From a virus (lineage: Duplodnaviria > Caudoviricetes): a stretch of 31,748 nt of DNA. The stretch lies in the IMG/VR virus record IMGVR_UViG_3300020388_000042, positions 1 to 31,748 of that record. One strand, given 5' to 3'. Under the pieces are notes generated by a model. That model worked only from the letters and a program-made list of their open reading frames with translations, had not been told where the DNA came from and did no database searches. The first letter of the stretch is position 1. The number at the start of each line of letters is the position of its first letter. This document shows, piece after piece, positions 10,049-17,390 of this stretch. The translations under genes and the position numbers were made by a program.

Positions 10049-10597
10049 ATGGCTACACAGTTACCCAAGACTCTCAGGAATTTCTCGCTTTACGTCGACT
10101 CAGTTGGCTATGCGGGAAAGGTGACTGAGATGACACTTCCCACACTCACCGTCAAGGCGGAAGAGTATCGGGCTGGCGGCTTAGACATCCCTGTCAAAAT
10201 TGATATGGGAATGGAAGCATTGGAGGCTGAATTTACTTTGGCTGAATATGACATGGAGATCCTAAAGTTGTTTGCTTTATATGAGCAAGACGCTATTCAA
10301 TTGACCGTTCGTGGCGCATTGCAGTCGAATGGCGATGAAGATGCAACTCCTCTTAAAGTAGTGCTCGACGGATCGTTTACCTCTTTCGACCCTGGCTCGA
10401 TGGCGGCAGGTGAAATTACTGAAGCTAACTTCACTTTTGCAGCTCGTTATTACAAGCTAACAATTGGTAACGTTGACATTATTGAGATTGATGCAATCAA
10501 TATGAAGCGAATTATCAACGGCGTTGATCAGCTTACGTCAATTCGCGATGCTATTGGCACCTCTGGAGTTACAGATACGGGTAATGAGGTAACTTAA
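10049..10597 (+). CDS. Major tail tube protein (P2 FII-like)
   Basis: RBS AGGAGG. LPKTLRNFSLYVD, EEYRAGGLD.PVKIDMGMEAL and YYKLTI..EIDAINM.R.INGVDQL motifs. Confidence 0.95.
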   Translation: MATQLPKTLRNFSLYVDSVGYAGKVTEMTLPTLTVKAEEYRAGGLDIPVKIDMGMEALEAEFTLAEYDMEILKLFALYEQDAIQLTVRGALQSNGDEDATPLKVVLDGSFTSFDPGSMAAGEITEANFTFAARYYKLTIGNVDIIEIDAINMKRIINGVDQLTSIRDAIGTSGVTDTGNEVT

Positions 10598-10876
10598 ATG
10601 ACCCCAATTAAACCCCGACCCGTAACAGTCTTTGAACTTCAATACTCCGTCGAAGTAGACGGAGTAGAGATAGATACTCTCTCAATGAGAAGGCCGACCG
10701 TTCGCGATCAGCTGGATTTTGAAGAGGGCAAAGGTACTGAAGGACGCAAAGTTGTGCGTCTTATCGCCAATTTGTGCGATGTCCCCCCAAAGTCAATCGA
10801 GGCTTTGGATGGGCAAGACTTTGAGAGGTTGTCTGAAGTTCTCCAGACTTTTCGCTCTTCCCAGCCGGAGAGCTAA
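10598..10876 (+). CDS. Tail assembly chaperone (P2 gpE / Mu gp41-like)
   Basis: LSMRRPTVRD...LIANLC.V....IE.LD..DF motif; located between tube and tape measure genes. Confidence 0.9.
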   Translation: MTPIKPRPVTVFELQYSVEVDGVEIDTLSMRRPTVRDQLDFEEGKGTEGRKVVRLIANLCDVPPKSIEALDGQDFERLSEVLQTFRSSQPES

Positions 10877-11019
10877 GGCGAGGAGTCCTCGTTTTGGCAA
10901 AACTTTCCGGTTGGGGATTGAACGAATTACTAGATCTATCTGCAGAAGAACTCCAACAATGGGTCAAAGCGGCACAAAAATTGGAGCGGGAGATCAACAA
11001 AAACACCAAGCGGAGATGA
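10849..11019 (+). CDS. -1 frameshift extension of the tail chaperone (E+E' type)
   Basis: The -1 frame is open 10837-11019 and encodes ...LRRGVLVLAKLSGWGLNELLDLSAEELQQWVKAA..., a GpE'-like GW..EL.L...EL..W motif, with no ATG of its own. Candidate slip site ACT TTT C (T4 at 10849-10852). Not in the ORF track. Confidence 0.8.
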   Translation, partial: FSLFPAGELRRGVLVLAKLSGWGLNELLDLSAEELQQWVKAAQKLEREINKNTKRR

Positions 11020-11022
11020 TCA

Positions 11023-13377
11023 ATGGCTAAAGGCCCGTCAAAACTAATCGTCTCGATTGGCGGCGAGCTAGCAGCCTCTTTTAAGAAGACTATTAAACAG
11101 ACTCAGGCGTCTGTAAGTGGTCTTAGCAAAAACATCTCTCGCGAGATGAACAACGCGGCGTCTGCAAGCGCCAAAGGATTTAAAAACGTACTGCGAAACG
11201 ATGCCTTTCAAGCGTCTGCTGTAGGAGCGGCAGCTATTGGCACTGGCATTATGAGCAGCGTTCGCGCTGCTGTTGAATTTGAGTCGGCAATGTCCGACGT
11301 TAAAAAAGTCGTCAATTTTGAAACTCCAGACGGCTTCAAAAACCTTCAGAAGGACATCAGAGCATTAGCGCGAGAGATCCCAATTTCTGCTGCTGGCTTT
11401 GCTGAGATAACTGCCGCAGCAGGACAAGCTGGCATCGCAAATTCAGAACTAACAAGGTTCGCTGAATCTGCCGCCAAGATGGGCGTTGCCTTTGACATCA
11501 GCGCCGGACAGGCTGGCGATGCCATGGCAAAATTCCGCACGGCAATGAACCTTGACCAAAATCAGGTCGAGGCATTGGCGGACTCGATTAACCATCTTTC
11601 CAATAATTTTGCAGCGACAGCTGGAGAAACAACCAACTTTATGCTGCGCGTCGGTGCCCTTAAGGGTCAGATGGCAATCAGCGAACAGTCGATCGCAGCC
11701 TTCGGTTCAGCGATGATCGGCGCAGGCGCTGCCCCTGAAGTGGCCGCAACGTCGTTCCGTAACCTGACCAAAGCCTTGATGAAAGGGGATGCGGCAACCA
11801 AGTCCCAGGTGCGGGCCTTCGACGCGCTGGGGCTTAGCTCTGCGCAGCTTGCAAAGGACATGCAAAAAGACGCCAAGGGGACGATCCTTGACGTTTTTAA
11901 TCGGTTGTCAAAAGCCCCTGCCGAGCTACGAAATTCTCTGTCAACTCAACTGTTTGGATCTGAAGCGAGGGCATTAACGCCACTGCTCACGAACACGGAG
12001 ATGCTCAAGAAAGCCTTGGACTCAGTTGCTGACAGCAAACTGTTTTCCGGCTCAATGCAAGCGGAATTTGAAGAACGATCAAAGACAGCAGCTAACGCTC
12101 AACAGATATTCAAAAACAACCTAAATGACCTTGGCATTGTGGTCGGCTCAGTGGTTCTGCCAGCCTTGACTGACTTAATGAAAGGGCTTGCACCGATCAT
12201 CGCCGGGTTTGCCACGTTTGCAGAAAATAATCCTGGCCTGACTAAGGGCATCGTCATTCTTGGCAGCGCCTTTGTCGGACTTGTGGCTATCACCCCTTTC
12301 ATCGCATCAATGATCTCCGTTTTCGGGGCGTTGAAATTGGCGCTAATCGGAGCCAGCGCAGCGGGCACCGTGATGGGCGGCGTGATCGCAATTTTGACCT
12401 CACCGATAACCCTGACCATCGCAGCAATTGCTGGCCTAGTAGCCGGATTTGTTCTGCTTTACACAAAAGTCGATTGGTTTAAAAATGCCGTTGACGGGAC
12501 ACTTAATTTTCTTAGCGGTGCTTTTACCGGGTTTTTCAGTGCGATCAAAAAAGGGTGGGACGCAACTATCAGTGCTTTAACTCCAATCTTTGAGGCGTTT
12601 TCACAAACGATTGGTGGCATTTTTCAATATATCCAAGGCATCTTTCAAGTCTTTTTTGGCGTCCTCACGGGTGATGCCCAGATGGCAAAGGATGGTGTCA
12701 CAAATATCTTTGGCGGCCTAGGAAACTTTTTCGAGGGGCTCGTTTCTTACATTGGGTCAATCTGGAACCTGCTGACGGGGATTGTCGGCGGGGTCGTTAG
12801 TTCGATTGTTGGCTACTTCTACGAGTTACCAGGCAAGCTGGCAGACGTAGGCGGCAACATCATCGACACGATTAAGAACGGTTTTCTGTCTCGGTTTGAG
12901 GCGTTGAAAAGCGTAGTCGTAGAGTCGTTTCAAAAGCTGCGCGATCTACTGCCGTTCTCTGATGCAAAGAAAGGGCCATTTCGTGATCTGACAGCAAGCG
13001 GTCGATCGATCATGACCACCATCGCAAAAGGCGTTACAGACAGAGGCGGTGATTTAAAAAATGCAATGCTTTCAACTGCTGAAACTGCCATGGACGCAAT
13101 AGCACCAAGAAAACCAATGGCTCTAGCGTTTGCTGGAGGGCCTACGATAGGAGGAGGGTCGTTGATCCCCACGGCCCCCACATTTGGCTCTGCTGGGGAT
13201 TTAATCCAAGGCGACATGAACATGGGCGCATTAAAGCAGCAGACCTTAGCTCCAACTATCAACATTACGGCACAGACTGATGCCAGCGCTGACGAAATTG
13301 GAGCCGTCGTGTTGAACACAATGCAGCAACTTATGGACGATTCCGAGGCAGCACAACGAGCGGGGCTTAACGACTGA
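11023..13377 (+). CDS. Tail tape measure protein (TP901-family core)
   Basis: 784 aa, Ala/Gly-rich. AVEFESAMSDVKKVV, LADSINHLSNN, PEVAATS and LFGSEA motifs; hydrophobic C-terminal half. Confidence 0.95.
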   Translation: MAKGPSKLIVSIGGELAASFKKTIKQTQASVSGLSKNISREMNNAASASAKGFKNVLRNDAFQASAVGAAAIGTGIMSSVRAAVEFESAMSDVKKVVNFETPDGFKNLQKDIRALAREIPISAAGFAEITAAAGQAGIANSELTRFAESAAKMGVAFDISAGQAGDAMAKFRTAMNLDQNQVEALADSINHLSNNFAATAGETTNFMLRVGALKGQMAISEQSIAAFGSAMIGAGAAPEVAATSFRNLTKALMKGDAATKSQVRAFDALGLSSAQLAKDMQKDAKGTILDVFNRLSKAPAELRNSLSTQLFGSEARALTPLLTNTEMLKKALDSVADSKLFSGSMQAEFEERSKTAANAQQIFKNNLNDLGIVVGSVVLPALTDLMKGLAPIIAGFATFAENNPGLTKGIVILGSAFVGLVAITPFIASMISVFGALKLALIGASAAGTVMGGVIAILTSPITLTIAAIAGLVAGFVLLYTKVDWFKNAVDGTLNFLSGAFTGFFSAIKKGWDATISALTPIFEAFSQTIGGIFQYIQGIFQVFFGVLTGDAQMAKDGVTNIFGGLGNFFEGLVSYIGSIWNLLTGIVGGVVSSIVGYFYELPGKLADVGGNIIDTIKNGFLSRFEALKSVVVESFQKLRDLLPFSDAKKGPFRDLTASGRSIMTTIAKGVTDRGGDLKNAMLSTAETAMDAIAPRKPMALAFAGGPTIGGGSLIPTAPTFGSAGDLIQGDMNMGALKQQTLAPTINITAQTDASADEIGAVVLNTMQQLMDDSEAAQRAGLND

Positions 13378-13835
13378 TGTCTGAAGAAGTTTTGCTAACG
13401 CTGGGAGATTATCAATTCGGAATGAGTACCGCAGCTCATGACGAAATGACACGCGAAACAAAATACCGCTGGGTCCAATTGAAAAGACTGACCCGAGAGC
13501 CGGCTATGCAATACATGGGACCGGGGACAACAGCAATTAGATTAAAAGGATCGATTTACCCACATTTTCGAGGCGGTTTGGAACAAATGCCAGCTATGCG
13601 AGCAGAGGCCGAAAAAGGTGAGCCGTTGCAGCTTGTCGATGGAAGAGGCAATAATTTAGGACAGTATTGCATCACAACAATCACAGATATTGAGAAAAAT
13701 TTTATAGGGGAGGGCAAGCCTCGACGTATTGATTTTACAATGCAGCTCGAACTGTATGGCGAAGATGCTGTCCCAGTCAACAAAGGCGGAGGAGGATCTT
13801 GGCTTTGGGGTTTAATAGGGGAGATTGTTAGCTGA
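13377..13835 (+). CDS. Tail protein, P2 gpU-like
   Basis: LLTLGDYQF, PAMQYMGPG...I.L.G.IYP and LVDGRG..LG.Y.I motifs; TGATG coupling to the tape measure gene. Confidence 0.9.
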   Translation: MSEEVLLTLGDYQFGMSTAAHDEMTRETKYRWVQLKRLTREPAMQYMGPGTTAIRLKGSIYPHFRGGLEQMPAMRAEAEKGEPLQLVDGRGNNLGQYCITTITDIEKNFIGEGKPRRIDFTMQLELYGEDAVPVNKGGGGSWLWGLIGEIVS

Positions 13836-14053
13836 TGGCTCTTTATTACAACTGCAAAGACGGCGAAATGCTAGACGCGATCTGCAAAGCATATTACGGG
13901 CGCTCAAGGGGCACTGTGGAAACTGTTTTAAATCATGCTTTAAACAGAGAACTTGCAAAAAAAATGCCAGTCTTAAAGGCAGGCGACGTAGTTTACCTTC
14001 CAACAATTACGGAGCAGCCACCAACGGTTACAACCTTGAGTATTTGGGATTAA
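13835..14053 (+). CDS. Tail protein X (P2 gpX-like, LysM-like)
   Basis: KDGEMLDAICKAYYG...VL...LA...L.AG..V.LP...LSIWD motif. Confidence 0.92.
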   Translation: MALYYNCKDGEMLDAICKAYYGRSRGTVETVLNHALNRELAKKMPVLKAGDVVYLPTITEQPPTVTTLSIWD

Positions 14054-14056
14054 GAA

Positions 14057-15088
14057 ATGCGACCACGATTTCGGCTTGAAGCAGCAGGAAATGACATTAC
14101 GGACTCAATCGCTGATCGCGTAATAAAAATTCGCATTAATGATGAAGCGGGACAAAAAAGCGACACACTTGATGTTACGTTAGATGATCGAAACTATGAC
14201 GTAGACATTCCAAGCGCAAAAGCAACTTTAGCGATTTGGCTCGGGTATGAAGAAAACGAGTTGTCTCCGATGGGAGAATACACGATTGATGAAGTAACTA
14301 TTACAGAAAACCCGGCAAATATCACCATTAGAGGCAAAGCGGCAGATATTTCATCAACATTCAAAGCAACAAAAACTAGATCTTGGCATCTTCAAACTAT
14401 TGGCGAAATTGTTGGCACTATCGCAAGTGAAAATAGTTTAATTGATCGAGTACATGCAGATTATGTTGACAAAGAAGTGTCGCACATAGATCAAGAAAAT
14501 GAAAGTGATATGCATTTTCTAACACGACTTTCAAAAATATATGGAGCAACCTGCAAGCCAGCTCAAGGGTTTTTAGTTTTTATACCTGAAGGCGAAGGCT
14601 TAAGCGCAACGGGTCAAGCGCTTTCAGCAATAGAAATTGAGAAAAATGAAATTTTAACACTTAAGGCAAACGTTAAAGACAGAGGAAATTACTCAGCAGT
14701 AATTACAAGATTTCACAATAAAGAAACTAATCAAGAGCAAGAGGTGCAAGTAAAAGATCGTTGGCAAACTATCTTTGGAACAGGCCCTGTTTTTCGAGAT
14801 AAAAAACTTTACACTTCCGAAGACATGGCTCTGCAAGCTGGCAAAGCAACGTTAAAACAATTGCAGGCCGGCACGACAACAATCGATCTAACAATACGAG
14901 GCAGAGCTGACATTCACGCTGAGATGCCAATGAAGCTAAAAGGCGTCAGAGACCCAATCGCTGGTGATTGGATTATCAAAACGGTTACGCATGAATTTTT
15001 AGAATCTGGCTACACCACAAAAATCGTTTGCGGAACCAAAACACCTAAGGGGACCGTAACAGAGGCAGTTACAGCAGAGGAGAACTAA
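14057..15088 (+). CDS. Baseplate hub / late control protein D (P2 gpD-like)
   Basis: MRPRFRL...DIT..I..R...I.I.DEAG.KSD.L...LDDR, KTRSWH..T.G.IV and HIDQ.NESD.HFLTRL motifs. Confidence 0.92.
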   Translation: MRPRFRLEAAGNDITDSIADRVIKIRINDEAGQKSDTLDVTLDDRNYDVDIPSAKATLAIWLGYEENELSPMGEYTIDEVTITENPANITIRGKAADISSTFKATKTRSWHLQTIGEIVGTIASENSLIDRVHADYVDKEVSHIDQENESDMHFLTRLSKIYGATCKPAQGFLVFIPEGEGLSATGQALSAIEIEKNEILTLKANVKDRGNYSAVITRFHNKETNQEQEVQVKDRWQTIFGTGPVFRDKKLYTSEDMALQAGKATLKQLQAGTTTIDLTIRGRADIHAEMPMKLKGVRDPIAGDWIIKTVTHEFLESGYTTKIVCGTKTPKGTVTEAVTAEEN

Positions 15089-15121
15089 AATGGATATGAC
15101 AGTGTCTAAGGATGCAAGCCT

Positions 15122-15400
15122 GTGAACCCCGAAGAACACAAGGTCTCGCACCTTGAAATTTATAAGTTGCTTATTGAAGTTAAGACGACGCTAGACCTTA
15201 CGTTGAAACGCAACGAGGAGGACAGGGTTCAGAACGCAAAGGATAAGACCGAAATTTTTCACCGGATTAACAAGCTGGAAAACCGCATGGCGCAGGTTGT
15301 CGTGATTGCCCTCGCAATGTCTGTATTGATTCCAGTAAGTGTGGAGCTGTTTGCTCATACGCTATTACCATCGGCGCAGACGATAAATCGCCCTAAGTGA
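15122..15400 (+). CDS. Small membrane protein with coiled coil and C-terminal TM helix (lysis-cassette, holin-like)
   Basis: GTG start. RINKLENRMA is followed by the hydrophobic VVVIALAMSVLIPV. First gene of the lysis region. Confidence 0.55.
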   Translation: MNPEEHKVSHLEIYKLLIEVKTTLDLTLKRNEEDRVQNAKDKTEIFHRINKLENRMAQVVVIALAMSVLIPVSVELFAHTLLPSAQTINRPK

Positions 15401-16101
15401 CGCGAATTGATTTTGAGGCTTTTTGGCACTACTACCGCCGACTACCGCATCAAATGGCAGCAATAAAAACTCTGGAAGAGGCGTTATCAAAAGAGCTGCT
15501 GGATCAAGACTCTGAGTGGGTGCAAACGTATCGAGCCGCAGGGAAGCAAAAGGAGAGCAAGCCTCTGACAAACCCTTTAGAGGTGCCTTATTTCAGCCAG
15601 CGCGATAGCGAAACGGACCACGCGCTGCGAATGTGTTTTTCATCTAGTTGCGCAATGCTGCTAGAGACTTTGTTGCCTGGGACTATTAATGGTCCCAATG
15701 GTGACGACGCTTACCTGGGGCGCGTACTCCGGTACGGCGACACTATTGATCCGACGGCGCAGATCAGGGCGCTGCAATCCTTTGGCCTGCAAGCCGCGTT
15801 CACACAACGGGCAAGCTTCCAAATGATCGAAGATCAAATCGATCAAGGCGTTCCAGTGCCGCTGGGTTTCTTGCATCGCGGGGTGGCGTCAAACCCCCAA
15901 GGCGGTGGCCACTGGCTCTGTTGTATTGGCTACACCGACAACACCCTCGTCGTTCACGACCCGTTTGGCGAAATTTCTTTGGCGCTTGGTAGCTACATGA
16001 ATCAAAACGGGAAAGCTCTTCACTACAGCCGGGACTTTTTTAGACCGCGCTGGGAAGTCGAAGGAACTGGCTCAGGTTGGGCCATCATTGCTAATCTTTA
16101 G
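15397..16101 (+). CDS. C39-like cysteine peptidase, putative endolysin
   Basis: VPYFSQRD, CFSSSCAM (catalytic Cys), GGGHW (His) and VHDPFG (Asp). The N-terminal F.A.W.YY..LPHQ.AA...L domain is of the type seen on cyanophage lysins. Confidence 0.85.
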   Translation: MTRIDFEAFWHYYRRLPHQMAAIKTLEEALSKELLDQDSEWVQTYRAAGKQKESKPLTNPLEVPYFSQRDSETDHALRMCFSSSCAMLLETLLPGTINGPNGDDAYLGRVLRYGDTIDPTAQIRALQSFGLQAAFTQRASFQMIEDQIDQGVPVPLGFLHRGVASNPQGGGHWLCCIGYTDNTLVVHDPFGEISLALGSYMNQNGKALHYSRDFFRPRWEVEGTGSGWAIIANL

Positions 16102-16114
16102 AAAGGAGACCCCA

Positions 16115-16282
16115 ATGGACCTCTCAACTATTACAACTATGGAATTTCTCAATTCTCCAATTTTTTGGATCGTTCTTGCGGCGGCATCTGAAGTCATCGC
16201 GCTAACACCTTTGAAGAGCAACAGCATTGTCCAACTGCTGCTGCAAGCTCTTTACGCAATCAAGCCAAAAAAAAAGGGCTGA
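16115..16282 (+). CDS. Small holin-like membrane protein (55 aa)
   Basis: RBS AAGGAG at 16103-16108, ATG at 16115. Hydrophobic IFWIVLAAASEVIALTPL and IVQLLLQAL segments; basic tail KPKKKG. Confidence 0.7.
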   Translation: MDLSTITTMEFLNSPIFWIVLAAASEVIALTPLKSNSIVQLLLQALYAIKPKKKG

Positions 16283-16581
16283 ACATCCCTGAAGATGGCC
16301 GCTGGCTTTTCCGCTTTAGCTCTCGACACCCGCTCGAAACGCTAAGGCAGGTGGTCGCGGCTAAAAAATTTCACGCAACCTTAAGGCCCCGACTTGATGC
16401 TGAAATTTCTAAGGTCACTGACCAAATGGACCAAGAAAAAGTCCGAAATAGTTTCGAAACCAATAGGGTTTTCGATGACGCATTCGACTATGAGGAAGGA
16501 ATCGTCAAAGAAGGAGTCGCATCCCCAGCAAGCAAGCTCGGCGGTTGGATGCGACTTAAAGCGAAATGGATCAAAGATTGA
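16270..16581 (+). CDS. Hypothetical ORF, probably the -1 frameshift extension of the holin-like gene
   Basis: The frame of ORF 16351..16581 is open from 16192 and is the -1 frame of the holin-like gene. A correctly phased A_AAA_AAG heptamer lies at 16270-16276, just before the holin stop. Confidence 0.6.
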   Translation, partial: KKGLNIPEDGRWLFRFSSRHPLETLRQVVAAKKFHATLRPRLDAEISKVTDQMDQEKVRNSFETNRVFDDAFDYEEGIVKEGVASPASKLGGWMRLKAKWIKD

Positions 16582-17023
16582 TTACGAGCAATTCACTCGA
16601 CAGCTAAAGCTCCATGAAGGAGTGATGCTAAAAGCTTATAAATGCACCGGAGATAAAACGACAATCGGAGTTGGCCGCAACCTCGATGACGTTGGCATCA
16701 CGGAGGAAGAGGCTGAGTATCTGCTGCAAAACGACATCGATCGCGTGATCGTTAGTTTGCGCCGGGAGTTGCCTTGGATAGAACAGCTCGATGAAGTGCG
16801 TCAAAGAGTGCTCTACGACATGGCTTTTAACCTTGGCATTGCCGGCCTGCTGCAATTCAAAAAAACGTTAAAGGCAGTAAAGGACGGAGATTATGAACAA
16901 GCTGGTCGGATGATGCTTGACAGTAAATGGGCGACACAAGTCGGCAAGCGTTCTGACCGACTGTCAGTGATGATGGCTATCGGCAAAGACCCGAGGGAGC
17001 TGTGGCCCCCACAAAAGAGTTAG
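16577..17023 (+). CDS. Lysozyme (GH24/T4-like endolysin); start codon uncertain
   Basis: QLKLHEG...AYKCTGDKTTIGVGRNL, DMAFNLG..GLLQFKK.L and MLDSKWATQVG.R motifs. The domain begins at ATT 16577; the nearest in-frame upstream ATGs are 16490 and 16475. Confidence 0.9.
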   Translation: MDYEQFTRQLKLHEGVMLKAYKCTGDKTTIGVGRNLDDVGITEEEAEYLLQNDIDRVIVSLRRELPWIEQLDEVRQRVLYDMAFNLGIAGLLQFKKTLKAVKDGDYEQAGRMMLDSKWATQVGKRSDRLSVMMAIGKDPRELWPPQKS

Positions 17024-17157
17024 CCGTATTTTGGTCCGGGATCATTTGAACCGGCAACGATTAAGCAGGCTCGACGATAAAAGTCGTTATTGGTCGATCC
17101 AGTTTTCTCCATGTGTTCTTTTATTTTTTGCCAATTTGCGAGAGCTTCCGGGTCCAT
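17020..17157 (-). CDS. 45-aa cyanophage-type hypothetical protein
   Basis: Translated by hand: MDPEALANWQKIKEHMEKTGSTNNDFYRRACLIVAGSNDPGPKYG. The NW.KIKE..E..G......Y.RA..I....DP pattern resembles small cyanophage proteins (from recall). Below the ORF-track cutoff. Confidence 0.7.
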   Translation of the reverse strand: MDPEALANWQKIKEHMEKTGSTNNDFYRRACLIVAGSNDPGPKYG

Positions 17158-17197
17158 TTTGTTTCGGTACGGAACATCTTTTTAGACTAGCGGCGCA

Positions 17198-17211
17198 GTA
17201 AAGTGAATTAC
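17198..17211. promoter_or_regulatory. NtcA-binding site (GTA-N8-TAC), in a repressing position
   Basis: GTAAAGTGAATTAC is an exact consensus match. It lies 9 nt downstream of the -10-like TAGACT (17183-17188), overlaps the alternative -10 TAAAGT (17199-17204), and abuts the riboswitch. Confidence 0.7.
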
Positions 17212-17269
17212 GTTCACCCGAAAATCGGGCGCACTACAGGCAGCAGGGAACGGGGCTGTCGCTGTGGAG
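17210..17269 (+). ncRNA. Glutamine-II (Downstream-peptide) riboswitch
   Basis: P1 CGTTC(17211-15)/GAACG(17248-52); P2 CCCGA(17217-21)/TCGGG(17225-29) followed by CGCA; pseudoknot GGCAGC(17239-44)/GCTGTC(17255-60). Matches the CGTTCA...CGCA...GGAACGG signature and sits just upstream of a YRGxxY peptide gene. Confidence 0.85.
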
Positions 17270-17276
17270 CAAACGG

Positions 17277-17390
17277 ATGAACATCCTTCAAATGATCAAA
17301 GAAAAGATTGAGAAGCGTCAGCGTCTCGTTAAAGCACAAATGGTGCCGATTACTGTTTATCGCGGCATTCCTTACAAGCGCACTAACTGA
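17277..17390 (+). CDS. 37-aa DUF4278-type (YRGxxY) small protein
   Basis: MNILQMIKEKIEKRQRLVKAQMVPITVYRGIPYKRTN; RBS GGAG at 17266-69. YRGIPY is the hallmark of peptides downstream of this riboswitch class. Not in the ORF track. Confidence 0.85.
   Translation: MNILQMIKEKIEKRQRLVKAQMVPITVYRGIPYKRTN

Noticed and set aside
10719-11030. 103-aa ORF as the chaperone extension
   Set aside because: It is in the +1 frame and has no motif. The GpE'-like sequence is in the -1 frame ending at 11019.
16394-16576. N-terminal ~60 aa of the 209-aa lysozyme ORF (TTG start), including a possible SAR anchor
   Set aside because: It overlaps another credible ORF, is hydrophilic with no TM segment, and lies outside the lysozyme domain.
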